Source of the DNA: an uncultured Desulfobacteraceae bacterium | GTDB lineage: Bacteria > Desulfobacterota > Desulfobacteria > Desulfobacterales > UBA11574 | DNA length: 64,000 nucleotides | Assembly (NCBI GenBank): GCA_964410925.1 | Contig: CAYPIW010000155.1 | Span: 1,607 to 65,606, forward strand | Reading direction: 5' to 3' | Shown here: in pieces, positions 22,673 to 32,035 of the stretch | How positions within the stretch are numbered: position 1 is the stretch's first letter | Layout of the letters: each line of letters starts with the position of its first letter | Notes under the pieces: model-generated | What the model was told of the DNA's origin: nothing | What the model saw: the letters and a program-made list of their open reading frames with translations, nothing else | The model's database searches: none | Program-made: the position numbers and the translations under genes

Positions 22673-23875
22673 TTGAGTGGGTATGATATAGTTCTTATCG
22701 GAGGTGGTATTGTTGGTGTCTCCACTGCTTGGATGCTGAAAAAGTCCTATCCTAATTCGGCTATTTTATTAATTGAAAAGGAATCTTCTCTGGCAAAACA
22801 TCAAACTGGTCATAACTCAGGGGTGATCCATGCGGGAGTGTATTACAAACCAGAAAGCCTAAAAGCTGAGTTCTGCAAACGTGGTTCAGCCCAAACCCTC
22901 GCATTTTGCCGAGAGCATGACTTGCCACATGAGCAATGTGGTAAACTTTTGGTTGCTAGCGATACTATTGAATACGATCGGATGGGAGAACTTGAAAGCA
23001 GATGCATTCAAAACGGAATTGAGATAGAGTTTTTGTCGGAAACAGAACTAAAAAAACGAGAACCCAATATTAAAGGTCTAGCGGCTTTGTTAGTTCCAGC
23101 AACAGGTATTACCGATTATAAAAAGATAACTCTGAAAATGGCTGAGCTTTTTATTGCATTGGGTGGCGTAATCAAATTTGGATTCGAAGTCAAAGCGCTG
23201 AAAGAGACTTCTGATGCAGTTAAAATTCGGTCAGGAGCGCACACCATAAATGCTAAATATCTTGTTGTCTGTGCGGGTTTAATGGCGGATCGATTGGCAA
23301 AGATGATGAACATAGATATTGATTTTCAAATCGTTCCCTTTCGTGGTGAGTATTACAAGCTACCAGCCAAATATAATCAAGTCGTCAATCACCTCATCTA
23401 CCCCATATCCGATCCTGAGTTGCCTTTTTTGGGTGTGCATCTGACTCGGATGATTGACGGATCGGTAACTGTTGGTCCAAATGCCGTAGTGGGTTGGAAA
23501 CGAGAAGGTTACAGTAGTCTTAACTTGAATTTGAAAGACAGCTTGGAGATGATGAAATTTCCGGGCTTTTGGAAAGTAATCTCCAATAATATAAGGTATG
23601 GATTGTACGAAATTAAAAATTCTTTCTACAAACCTGGTTATCTGAGTCTAGTGCGCAAATATTGTCCAATCCTGAAATTATCGGACCTCTATCCTCACCC
23701 TGCTGGCATAAGAGCCCAGGCAGTGAAAATTGATGGTAGTCTTGTTCACGATTTTCTTTTTGCTGAAAGCGAGCGTTCTTTGCATGTTTGTAATGCTCCC
23801 TCACCCGCTGCGACCTCGGCCATACCAATCGGCGAATATTTATGTAAGAAATTTAGAGAAAAGTTTAATTTTTAA
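22673..23875 (+). CDS. lhgO: L-2-hydroxyglutarate oxidase/dehydrogenase (LhgO/YgaF family FAD enzyme)
   Basis: YDIVLIGGGIVG dinucleotide fold and HQTGHNSGVIHAGVYYKP motif. A GGAGGAG RBS precedes the TTG at 22673, which is in frame with the track start at 22640. Confidence 0.85.
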   Translation: MSGYDIVLIGGGIVGVSTAWMLKKSYPNSAILLIEKESSLAKHQTGHNSGVIHAGVYYKPESLKAEFCKRGSAQTLAFCREHDLPHEQCGKLLVASDTIEYDRMGELESRCIQNGIEIEFLSETELKKREPNIKGLAALLVPATGITDYKKITLKMAELFIALGGVIKFGFEVKALKETSDAVKIRSGAHTINAKYLVVCAGLMADRLAKMMNIDIDFQIVPFRGEYYKLPAKYNQVVNHLIYPISDPELPFLGVHLTRMIDGSVTVGPNAVVGWKREGYSSLNLNLKDSLEMMKFPGFWKVISNNIRYGLYEIKNSFYKPGYLSLVRKYCPILKLSDLYPHPAGIRAQAVKIDGSLVHDFLFAESERSLHVCNAPSPAATSAIPIGEYLCKKFREKFNF

Positions 23876-23961
23876 TGTGGCTATGAATTAATCTTGGTTG
23901 CAATTCATACTATGAAACCATTGACTTTAAACCGTTGATACCTGCGTTGGAGTTCAGCCAT

Positions 23962-24150
23962 CTAATTTTGTTTGATATCAAAGCAGTATCTCAGCAAACA
24001 TTCCATTTTTCAGATCAATAGGATAATGGGTATACGACACAATATACGGTATCATTATCGATTTTAAATTTTTCAACGGTGATATTGTTTTTTTAATAAG
24101 GGGCAAACCCATTTTCCGGCGTTTGCCTTTTTCATTTTTTTGATATATGT
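23962..24150. repeat. Direct repeat unit 2 (~190 bp) downstream of lhgO, carrying a frameshifted copy of the small ORF
   Basis: ctaattttgtttgatatcaaagcagtatct...ttttcatttttttgatatatgtaaat. The minus-strand reading MKKANAGKWVCPLLKK stops early because of one extra A relative to unit 1. Confidence 0.8.
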
Positions 24151-24274
24151 AAATCAGTTAGACTTGATACGGGTTGTGCCTTTAGCAAGATCATAAGGGT
24201 TTTGACAAACCGGATTTTCGTAAGGTAACAAATGATATTTTAAAAACGATCTCTACTCGTTGTTTACAGTTCGA

Positions 24275-24705
24275 GTGTGATCTCTAATTGTATTTCCGCC
24301 CTGTGCTTGCCGAGGAGCAGGTGAAACCGTAAGGCACACTGTTGGAGGTGTGGGCGTAAGATGCGGGAAAAAGCGAATGCCAGGCTGTAATGGGTTGGAT
24401 ACGGGTTCAAAATTTGCCCGGATCGAAAGAGAGCATACGTCCCGCGGGTGTCCCGTTACGAGAACACTGAAGGAACTACATCAAGAGGGGAAAGCAAAAG
24501 ACGGCGGCCATTAGGCAGTCTGGTGCACCCCTCGCCGAAAGGCATTGTAGCTATCAGTCAATATCGTAAAGTTGGCGTAAATTTTACTCCAACGGATGGC
24601 CCAACAAGAGCTGACCTTTGGGAGGCTTGAGCCGTGTGAGGGAAGACTCTCAAGCACGGTTCCTAAAGGGATTGGGGCTGGTAACAGCCCCCGCCTACCC
24701 GGTTA
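24275..24705 (+). mobile_element. ORF-less group II intron (~430 nt) with canonical domains V and VI
   Basis: Domain V at 24629..24662 is gagccgtgtgagggaagactctcaagcacggttc, with the AGC triad, a G-U pair, a 2-nt bulge and a 34-nt length. Domain VI hairpin gggattggggctggtaacagcccccgcctaccc has a bulged A at 24697. GUGUG at 24275 is a candidate 5' end, and GUGCU at ~24300 is an alternative. No IEP ORF is present. Confidence 0.65.
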
Positions 24706-24851
24706 GATCTTCATCACTATTATTGAGGTTTTGATCAGTTATTAATTCAACTTATTGTGTTTTTTATTTCTTATTGATAGAATAAACTGACCCCGGTGAA
24801 TGCCTTATCTTGTATTTTCGGGATGAAATTGGTTGATAAAAAAACCTCAAA

Positions 24852-25349
24852 TTAAATCTCAAGGGTTTTTAAATATTTGAAGGCTTCCTGAAGTTCCCCT
24901 TCGCTGAACACACGGATACCACTTTCTTCCAGAAGAACAGTGGTAATGCCTTTCCCCGGCTTTTTAATTCCGGAAAAACTTCCGTCGTAAATATATGTGC
25001 TGCCGCACGAAGGGCTGCCATCTTTCAGAACGACAAGCTTGATGTTGTGCAGGCGGGCAATTTCAAGGGTTTTTTGAGCACCGGTCAAAAAATATTGGGT
25101 AACATCCTTACCTTTAATGTTCATCACTCTTGCATCCCCGTACACTACCGTACGTCCGTCGCAACCGGAGATTTCCGAGCAAGGTCTGGGCACCGGAAGC
25201 CCCCCACCAACTTCGGGGCAGAACGTCACCAGACGTCCCTGGAGCTTCCACCCCCTTAACCAACTGCTTTCATAAACTTTAAGTCGTCCGTTGTACCGAA
25301 CATTTTCTCCGATTAAGCAGGCGCTGACAAGTATTTTATTCATTTTCAT
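24852..25349 (-). CDS. DUF523 family protein (YbbK / TudS-like)
   Basis: KILVSACLIGENVRYNG N-terminus and conserved Cys pattern (CPEVGGGLP, SPSCG). Confidence 0.8.
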   Translation of the reverse strand: MKMNKILVSACLIGENVRYNGRLKVYESSWLRGWKLQGRLVTFCPEVGGGLPVPRPCSEISGCDGRTVVYGDARVMNIKGKDVTQYFLTGAQKTLEIARLHNIKLVVLKDGSPSCGSTYIYDGSFSGIKKPGKGITTVLLEESGIRVFSEGELQEAFKYLKTLEI

Positions 25350-25645
25350 CCATATTGATTGATCGTTAGATCACCCGGTTGCGCGGTAACCATAAACGCT
25401 ATTTCATTGAGTTTCAAGGGTTACTTGTCGGTTCTGATTAGTTAGCAGAGCTTATTGAGAACTTACCAAAAAACCTGGGGATGGTTTTAGAAAATCCCAC
25501 CCTCCATTTTTCCAATAAATTTTCGAACGTAATACTTTTAGTTTTACCCGCAACTGTGCACGCAGGCAATTCATTAAATGATAGGTACCCCTCGGAAAAA
25601 TTAGGCGGACTCTACTAAATTCGTCATGTTTTTAAAATTTAGTAT

Positions 25646-25672
25646 TTGACACATCTTAACAATTAGTATATC
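25646..25672 (+). promoter_or_regulatory. Candidate sigma70-type promoter of the kor-hdr operon
   Basis: A perfect TTGACA at 25646..25651 is followed 15 nt later by tatatc. It lies about 60 nt upstream of the first CDS. Spacing is suboptimal. Confidence 0.3.
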
Positions 25673-25728
25673 TGAAACCGTTTGTGATTGAAATTTGCAG
25701 GACTGCCCAAATAATTGGAGAAAGGCAT

Positions 25729-26031
25729 ATGGAATTTTGGAGAGTTCCCCTTGACTCGGACACCATACAAGTTTCTCTAGGTATCGTGCACATCTTGGAG
25801 GATCGATGTAAAGGATGTGGATACTGTATCGAGTACTGCCCCAAGCAGGCTCTTGAATTTTCAACAAAATTCAACCAAAAGGGGTATCATCCCCCCGTTG
25901 TGGTAAAGCCCGAGGAATGTGTGAACTGTCATTACTGTGAAATCATTTGCCCGGAGTTTGCCATATTTTCAGTAGAAGACCCAGGAATAACCGAAGTCGG
26001 CCAGGCCGGAACCAACCCTATTTTGCTATAA
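25729..26031 (+). CDS. 2-oxoacid:ferredoxin oxidoreductase delta subunit (2x[4Fe-4S] ferredoxin)
   Basis: CKGCGYCIEYCP and CVNCHYCEIICP motifs. A GGAGAAAGG RBS precedes the ATG at 25729. Confidence 0.85.
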   Translation: MEFWRVPLDSDTIQVSLGIVHILEDRCKGCGYCIEYCPKQALEFSTKFNQKGYHPPVVVKPEECVNCHYCEIICPEFAIFSVEDPGITEVGQAGTNPILL

Positions 26032-26049
26032 AGGTTCGACAGGAGAAGA

Positions 26050-27195
26050 ATGAATCCAGCAGTGCTTACCGGTGAATATTTTATGACAGGTGACGTTGCC
26101 TGTGCCGAAGGCGCACTGGCAGCAGGATGCCTTTTTTTTGGAGGCTATCCCATAACCCCTGCCACTGAGATCGCCGAACGGATGGCTATCCGGCTTTCTC
26201 AGGTTGACGGATGTTTTATCCAGATGGAAGACGAAATCGGCGCCATGGCCGCTGTTCTTGGAGCATCATGGGGCGGTGTAAAAAGCATGACCGCAACCTC
26301 CGGACCCGGGTTCAGTCTTATGATGGAAAATATCGGTTTGGGGATCTGTACAGAAACCCCCTGTGTTGTAGTAAATGTTCAGCGCGGCGGACCATCCACA
26401 GGTCTCCCGACACATGGCGCCCAGAGCGACATGATGCAGGCCCGTTGGGGGTCACACGGGCACTATGAAATTATTGCCATGGCCCCGTCTTCACCCCAGG
26501 AAATATTTTATTTAACGATTTCAGCGTTTAATCTGAGTGAGAAATACCGGTTGCCGGTTCTCATCATGACCGACGAAGTTATCGGGCATATGAGTGAAAA
26601 AGTCATTATACCCGATGCAAAACAACTTGAGATCGTATCGCGTCCCAGACCCAAAGGGAGAAAAGACCGCTTTAAACCCTTTGCGCCCGGACCCAATGGT
26701 GTTGCACCCATGCCGGCGGCAGGGGAAGGCTATAATCTGCACATTACCGGTCTGACCCACGATGAAAAGGGCTATCCGGTAATGACCGCAGAAACCCAGA
26801 CAGAGATGGTTACCCGGATTACTGAAAAAATCCAAAAAAATTTACACGACATCATTCGGACGGATAGTTACCTTTTGGATGATGCTGAAATCGCCCTTAT
26901 ATCTTATGGAGTTTCGGCCCGAACCAGCATGGCCGCTGTGGCTGAAGCCAGGAAGCTGGGAATCAAGGCCGGACTTTTGCGTCTGGTTACGATCTGGCCG
27001 TTTCCCGAAGATCAGATTCGCAAGCTGGCGGATAGAGTCAGGGGATTCGTGACTGTGGAGATTAATCTGGGTCAGATCCATCGGGAGGTTGAACGATGCG
27101 CCGGGGCCAAGGTTCCTGTGTTTTTAGTCGGGCATCCCGGCGGGACGATTATCCATCCGGACAGCGTTGTTAACCTGTTGAAAGAGGCCTTTTAA
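26050..27195 (+). CDS. 2-oxoacid:ferredoxin oxidoreductase alpha subunit (Kor/Vor type)
   Basis: 381 aa. GNEACAEGALAAGC-like N-terminus, YPITPATEI, and the GPGFSLM motif. Confidence 0.9.
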   Translation: MNPAVLTGEYFMTGDVACAEGALAAGCLFFGGYPITPATEIAERMAIRLSQVDGCFIQMEDEIGAMAAVLGASWGGVKSMTATSGPGFSLMMENIGLGICTETPCVVVNVQRGGPSTGLPTHGAQSDMMQARWGSHGHYEIIAMAPSSPQEIFYLTISAFNLSEKYRLPVLIMTDEVIGHMSEKVIIPDAKQLEIVSRPRPKGRKDRFKPFAPGPNGVAPMPAAGEGYNLHITGLTHDEKGYPVMTAETQTEMVTRITEKIQKNLHDIIRTDSYLLDDAEIALISYGVSARTSMAAVAEARKLGIKAGLLRLVTIWPFPEDQIRKLADRVRGFVTVEINLGQIHREVERCAGAKVPVFLVGHPGGTIIHPDSVVNLLKEAF

Positions 27196-27198
27196 CCC

Positions 27199-28071
27199 AT
27201 GCAAGAAATCCCGACACCCTCCAAAAAACAACCCTCTCATCCCTTGGATGATCTGATTCGAACGGATCGCATTCCCCATATCTGGTGTCCGGGGTGCGGA
27301 ATTGGAACGGTGTTTTCTGCGTGTCTGGCTGCTATAAAAGGAAGCGGTATCAACCTTCAAAAAACGGTGATGGTCTCGGGAATCGGATGTTCGGGACGTG
27401 CCGCCGGTTATGTAAAACTGGATTCCTTTCATACCACCCACGGAAGGGCCATCCCCTTTGCCACCGGATTAAAACTTGCCAACCCCGAACTCAATATCTT
27501 GGTGTTCAGCGGTGACGGCGATCTCTTCGCCATCGGCGGAAATCATTTTATCCATGCGGCCCGTCGGAATATGGATATGACGGTGATCTGTGTAAATAAT
27601 TTAAATTATGGCATGACCGGAGGCCAGGTGGCCGCAACCACACCTCACCTGGCGAAATCCACAACAACACCGATCGGAAATCCTGAAACCCCTTTTAATC
27701 TGCCGCTAATGGCCTATGCGTGCGGTGCCACGTATGTGGCCCGATGGACCATGCTGCACACCAGAGATCTTACGGATTCCATAACAGAAGCGATTTGTAA
27801 AAAAGGGTTTTCCTTTATTGAAGCACTTTCACCCTGTCCGGTCAATTACGGTCGACGCAACAAACAAAAACCTTTGGATATGCTAAAATTATACCAGGAA
27901 AAAGCCATCATTAAAAATGATGCGGATCCTTCCACGCTGGATATAGACTTTGAAAAGGGCATTATTTTGGGCAAATTTATCGATCTGGATCGACCAACGT
28001 TTACTGAATATTATGATAAGATCTACCGGCCGAACCGTCTTCAAGAAAATGTTTCGGAGTTGAACTCATGA
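27199..28071 (+). CDS. 2-oxoacid:ferredoxin oxidoreductase beta subunit (TPP-binding)
   Basis: WCPGCGIG and GDGD...NN...YGMTGGQ TPP motif. Confidence 0.9.
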   Translation: MQEIPTPSKKQPSHPLDDLIRTDRIPHIWCPGCGIGTVFSACLAAIKGSGINLQKTVMVSGIGCSGRAAGYVKLDSFHTTHGRAIPFATGLKLANPELNILVFSGDGDLFAIGGNHFIHAARRNMDMTVICVNNLNYGMTGGQVAATTPHLAKSTTTPIGNPETPFNLPLMAYACGATYVARWTMLHTRDLTDSITEAICKKGFSFIEALSPCPVNYGRRNKQKPLDMLKLYQEKAIIKNDADPSTLDIDFEKGIILGKFIDLDRPTFTEYYDKIYRPNRLQENVSELNS

Positions 28072-28676
28072 CCGACTCTCAAACTCACAAACAAAGAAAA
28101 AAGGAAATTATAATTACCGGCTTTGGCGGTCAGGGCATTGTCCTTGCGGGTATTATCCTGGGAAAAGCGGCTGCCATTGGTGAACAGATGGAAAGCACGC
28201 TTGTCCAGTCTTACGGGCCCGAGTCTCGTGGGGGGTCGTGTAACGCTCAGGTCGTGATTTCCGATGAAATGATTCATTACCCGTATGTGAGTCATCCGGA
28301 TATTTTGGTCTGCATGTCTCAATCAGGCTATGATAAGTCGATCAAGCAGCTCAAGGAAAACGGAACATTAATTATTGATCAGGATCTGGTTCGCCCTGCC
28401 CGTGGATTGACATGCGATTTTTTTTCTATCCCTGCCACCGGCATGGCCGAAGAGCTTGGACGAGTAATGATCGCCAATATCATTATGCTCGGTTTTTTAA
28501 CCGCCGTTACACAAGTTATTTCCATGGATGCAGCCCAAAAATCCGTCCTGGAATCGGTTCCAAAAGGCACTGAAAAACTGAACTCAACGGCCTTCAAAAA
28601 AGGTCATGACTATGGCTTGGCCACGCTCAAGGGACGTCAGAAAAAGGCTGCAGGTCAAGCAGGAGCTATTTCATGA
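28068..28676 (+). CDS. 2-oxoacid:ferredoxin oxidoreductase gamma subunit
   Basis: GFGGQGIVLAG motif. ATGA start/stop overlap with the beta subunit. Confidence 0.9.
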   Translation: MTDSQTHKQRKKEIIITGFGGQGIVLAGIILGKAAAIGEQMESTLVQSYGPESRGGSCNAQVVISDEMIHYPYVSHPDILVCMSQSGYDKSIKQLKENGTLIIDQDLVRPARGLTCDFFSIPATGMAEELGRVMIANIIMLGFLTAVTQVISMDAAQKSVLESVPKGTEKLNSTAFKKGHDYGLATLKGRQKKAAGQAGAIS

Positions 28677-31600
28677 AACGTCCCAAAGAACGGCTCCACC
28701 GGGTCACCGTTATCGGTGCGACACCGGCCGGTATCGCCGCAGTCAACAAGCTTGCAGAACTGGGTATTCCTATCACCCTTGTGGATTCCGATTACGATTT
28801 GGATAAAAAACTAGGCCGAGAGGAATGGGTTCTGAAATCAGGCATTCCGTTAAACCATGCCCATCGACCCGGGCTAATCAGAATTTTAAGAAACCCTGGC
28901 ATTCGATGCATATTTCCCGCAAAAGTCTGCTCCGTTAAGCACAATCGCCAGGGATTTCGTGTTCACCTGAACATCCCCCAAACCTTTGTAGATCAAGATA
29001 AATGTACGCTTTGCGGTCGTTGTGTTGAAATATGTCCGGTTTTGCTTCCCGGGGGAGACAAAGCCATCCGAATTAACAGTCAGCGAAGCCTTCCCGGCCG
29101 GCCGGTCATAGATAAACGGTGCCTGCCCCTCTGCCAGGAAAAATGTCCGCTGGGGGTGAACGTCCAGGGCTATATTGCCCTTGTAAAAGCCGGCAGGTTT
29201 GCCCAGGCGCTTGATCTTATTAGGGAAAATAATATATTGCCCGGCATTTGCGGACGCATTTGTACCCACCCTTGTGAAGCCGTCTGCAGAAGGGGTGAAC
29301 TCGATGAACCCGTCGCCATTATGGATATTAAGCGATTTGTGGCTGACCATAAGCGCTCCCATCCCCAAGACAAACCCGCCTGTAATGGCCACAAAAAGTC
29401 GGAAAAAATCGTCATTATCGGCTCAGGACCGGCAGGAATTGCTGCCGCTGCGGACCTGGCCCGGTTCGGCTATGAGGTAACGGTTTTCGAGAAAGAGAAA
29501 CAAGTCGGCGGGTTGCTCTGTTACGGAATTGGGCAACATCGCCTGCCCAGAGATATTATCGATAATGATCTTGAATATATTAAGAAACTGGGCGTGCAAT
29601 TTATTACCGGCCATTCCGTTGATCTGGCCCGTGATATGGATGTGCTCAAAAAAGACTTTGACGCTGTCATTATCTCCATTGGAACATGGTCTGATTTAAA
29701 ACTGGGGGTGCCCGGAGAGACCCTGGAAGGTGTTGAAGGTTGCCTCTCTTTTTTGGGGCGTTTTTATCGCAACGAACTAAACGCACTGGATGAAAAGGTA
29801 GCGGTAATCGGGGACGGCAACGCCGCATTTGATCTGGCCCGTACACTGCTGCGTCTGGGTGCCCGTGTAACAATTTTATCCTGGTTCCCGGAAGAGTTGA
29901 TCCCTGCCAATGCCCAAGAAATTCGATCCGCCAAAGAAGAAGGAATTCTCATTCGGGACTGCACCCAGACCGTTGCGTTTTTAGGTCAAAACGGTAAGCT
30001 CCACAGGCTGCGCTGCATGACCACCACACCCGGAGAACCCGATGCCCGGGGTATCCCCTGGCCGGTCATTATTCCGGATCGTCCGCCCGTTGAACTCGAG
30101 TTTGACAGGGCTTTCGTTGCCATCGGTCAAAGAGGCGCACTTCATGGAAAGAACAATTCATTCAGCTTTCATGTCTCGGCACGCGGCTTTATCGAGGTTG
30201 ATGAATATTTGCGCACGAATTTACCGAATGTCTACGCTGCAGGAGATTCGGTTTCAGGACCCTCATCCGTTGTTGAGGCCATGGCTGCCGGAAGAAAGGT
30301 TGCCCGCACCGTTCATCGCGATATTTCTAACGAGGAGATTTTTTATCCTAAATTCTCAAGACCGGAGGACAAAGAGTTTCCGGAAATTTCTCCGGATATA
30401 CCTTCACAGGCACGAACGATCATGCCGGAAAGGCAACCTGCGGCGCGTAAAAAAACTTTCTCAGAAGTTTCCATGGGGTTGAGTGAACAACAGGTTTTTT
30501 TGGAAGCATCCCGATGTCTTCAGTGCGGAGTGTGCAGTGAATGTCTCCAGTGCGTTGATGCCTGCGGTGAAATTCATGCGATATCCCATGAACAGTTACC
30601 GGAAGAAACCATTGAGCAAACCGGTGTGCTCATCATCGCGGATCCGGAAATCGCTCCGACGGTCAAGGGGGATGATGTCATCCGGGTGTACGGGCCCAAA
30701 ACGGCGAAAGCGGATGTTAACGCCATGTTTGTTCGCGGTTTTGCAGCGGCTTCCCAGGCCATGATATTGCTTGGAGGAACCTTCCAGCGGCCAAAGGGGT
30801 ATGGGTTGTCATTTTCCACTCCTGATCCGGGACTGTCCCCGGAAATTCGTCTGGGAATTTTTGTCTGCAAATGTAACAATACCTTTGGATGGCTTGATGA
30901 TATGAGCCAATACGTCGCTGGATTACCGTCTCAAGAGGATGTGGTCCATGCCCAGATTGTCAACTCGGCCTGTACTCCTGAAGGATCTTCGAGCATTATC
31001 CGGACCATTCGTGAAAAAGGACTCACCCGGGTGGTACTGGCATCCTGTGTATGCTGCCCGCTCAATTTTATTTGCAGCGCCTGCACGGACCAGCGAAGCC
31101 GCTTGAAAAACGCCTTGTTTATCGGAACCGGAATCAGTCGTTCGATGGTACAGACGTGTAACTTAAGGGGAGAAGTCCTTCGTTTTTTAAAACGGAATCA
31201 TTCCCTGGCCCTGAAAAAATTTACCGGGCTCATGGATCGTTCCATGAATCGGGCAAGAAGATTGAAACCTCTTCCGGATCTTATTAGAAACTATAATTTC
31301 ACGACGGCGGTAATCGGGACCTCGGAAGTTGCCATAAGCAGTGCACTGACCCTTGCCCAAGCTGGGCTGGAGGTCTTTTGGTTCCCACGGTCGCAAAAAC
31401 CGCCAATTCAAATTTCTGATCATCCCAATGTGCACAGTTTCGGGGGCTTTTCCATCAAAGAATTAAGCGGGACTCTGGGTAATTTTCACATCATTGCGGA
31501 ATCAGGCGATTCTCGACAGATAATGACGGTAGGGTCAGTCATCCTGGATGAAAAATCAAGAAAGAACATTAAATATATTCACCAGGAAGGTCTGCCGGGT

Positions 31601-32032
31601 CGAACCGTGTCTGCTTCGATGCAGGACATGGGCATCCCCGGAATACCATTTTTTTATCCGGGGTCAACCGCCATTTCCGGACTTTTTTTGGCTGAACCGC
31701 CGGGGATCAATGTCTCTAACCGGAAAAAAGGCGCTGCCGCCGCGGCTCAGGCGGCCGCCATTATGCCGCGGGAACCGCGCCACAGCAAGGGATATACCGT
31801 TGTGGTGGATGAAAGCCTGTGCCGAAGTTGTGGGCGCTGCATTCGCGTCTGCCCTTATCAGGCGGTGACATTTCATAGAAACGCTATTGGCGGATGGGCC
31901 GCCTGGGTGGACGAGACTTTGTGCAAAGGCTGCGGCAATTGTATTTCCGTTTGCCCCACCAATGCCGTGGACAGCCCGTATCGTAATCAGGAATTTCTCG
32001 AACAGACACTTGAAAAAATATTGCAAACGTAA
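28673..32032 (+). CDS. Large HdrA-like / NfnB(GltD)-like fusion flavoprotein with multiple Fe-S motifs ('HdrL-like')
   Basis: 1119 aa. N-terminal Rossmann fold VIGATPAGIAA. A GltD-type module (ICGRICTHPCEAVC, IIGSGPAGIAAAADL, VIGDGNAAFD, AAGD). An HdrA N-domain-like Cys-rich segment (GIFVCKCNNTFGW...LASCVCCP). C-terminal CRSCGRCIRVCP and CKGCGNCISVCP. ATGA overlap with the gamma subunit. Confidence 0.85.
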   Translation: MKRPKERLHRVTVIGATPAGIAAVNKLAELGIPITLVDSDYDLDKKLGREEWVLKSGIPLNHAHRPGLIRILRNPGIRCIFPAKVCSVKHNRQGFRVHLNIPQTFVDQDKCTLCGRCVEICPVLLPGGDKAIRINSQRSLPGRPVIDKRCLPLCQEKCPLGVNVQGYIALVKAGRFAQALDLIRENNILPGICGRICTHPCEAVCRRGELDEPVAIMDIKRFVADHKRSHPQDKPACNGHKKSEKIVIIGSGPAGIAAAADLARFGYEVTVFEKEKQVGGLLCYGIGQHRLPRDIIDNDLEYIKKLGVQFITGHSVDLARDMDVLKKDFDAVIISIGTWSDLKLGVPGETLEGVEGCLSFLGRFYRNELNALDEKVAVIGDGNAAFDLARTLLRLGARVTILSWFPEELIPANAQEIRSAKEEGILIRDCTQTVAFLGQNGKLHRLRCMTTTPGEPDARGIPWPVIIPDRPPVELEFDRAFVAIGQRGALHGKNNSFSFHVSARGFIEVDEYLRTNLPNVYAAGDSVSGPSSVVEAMAAGRKVARTVHRDISNEEIFYPKFSRPEDKEFPEISPDIPSQARTIMPERQPAARKKTFSEVSMGLSEQQVFLEASRCLQCGVCSECLQCVDACGEIHAISHEQLPEETIEQTGVLIIADPEIAPTVKGDDVIRVYGPKTAKADVNAMFVRGFAAASQAMILLGGTFQRPKGYGLSFSTPDPGLSPEIRLGIFVCKCNNTFGWLDDMSQYVAGLPSQEDVVHAQIVNSACTPEGSSSIIRTIREKGLTRVVLASCVCCPLNFICSACTDQRSRLKNALFIGTGISRSMVQTCNLRGEVLRFLKRNHSLALKKFTGLMDRSMNRARRLKPLPDLIRNYNFTTAVIGTSEVAISSALTLAQAGLEVFWFPRSQKPPIQISDHPNVHSFGGFSIKELSGTLGNFHIIAESGDSRQIMTVGSVILDEKSRKNIKYIHQEGLPGRTVSASMQDMGIPGIPFFYPGSTAISGLFLAEPPGINVSNRKKGAAAAAQAAAIMPREPRHSKGYTVVVDESLCRSCGRCIRVCPYQAVTFHRNAIGGWAAWVDETLCKGCGNCISVCPTNAVDSPYRNQEFLEQTLEKILQT

Positions 32033-32035
32033 AAA

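Noticed and set aside
28886-31435. Several 80-170-aa ORFs on both strands inside the HdrL-like gene (for example 28886..29392, 30042..30482, 31664..32026)
   Set aside because: They are all nested within a 1119-aa ORF that carries continuous, recognisable Fe-S/FAD/NAD(P) motifs. They are shadow ORFs.
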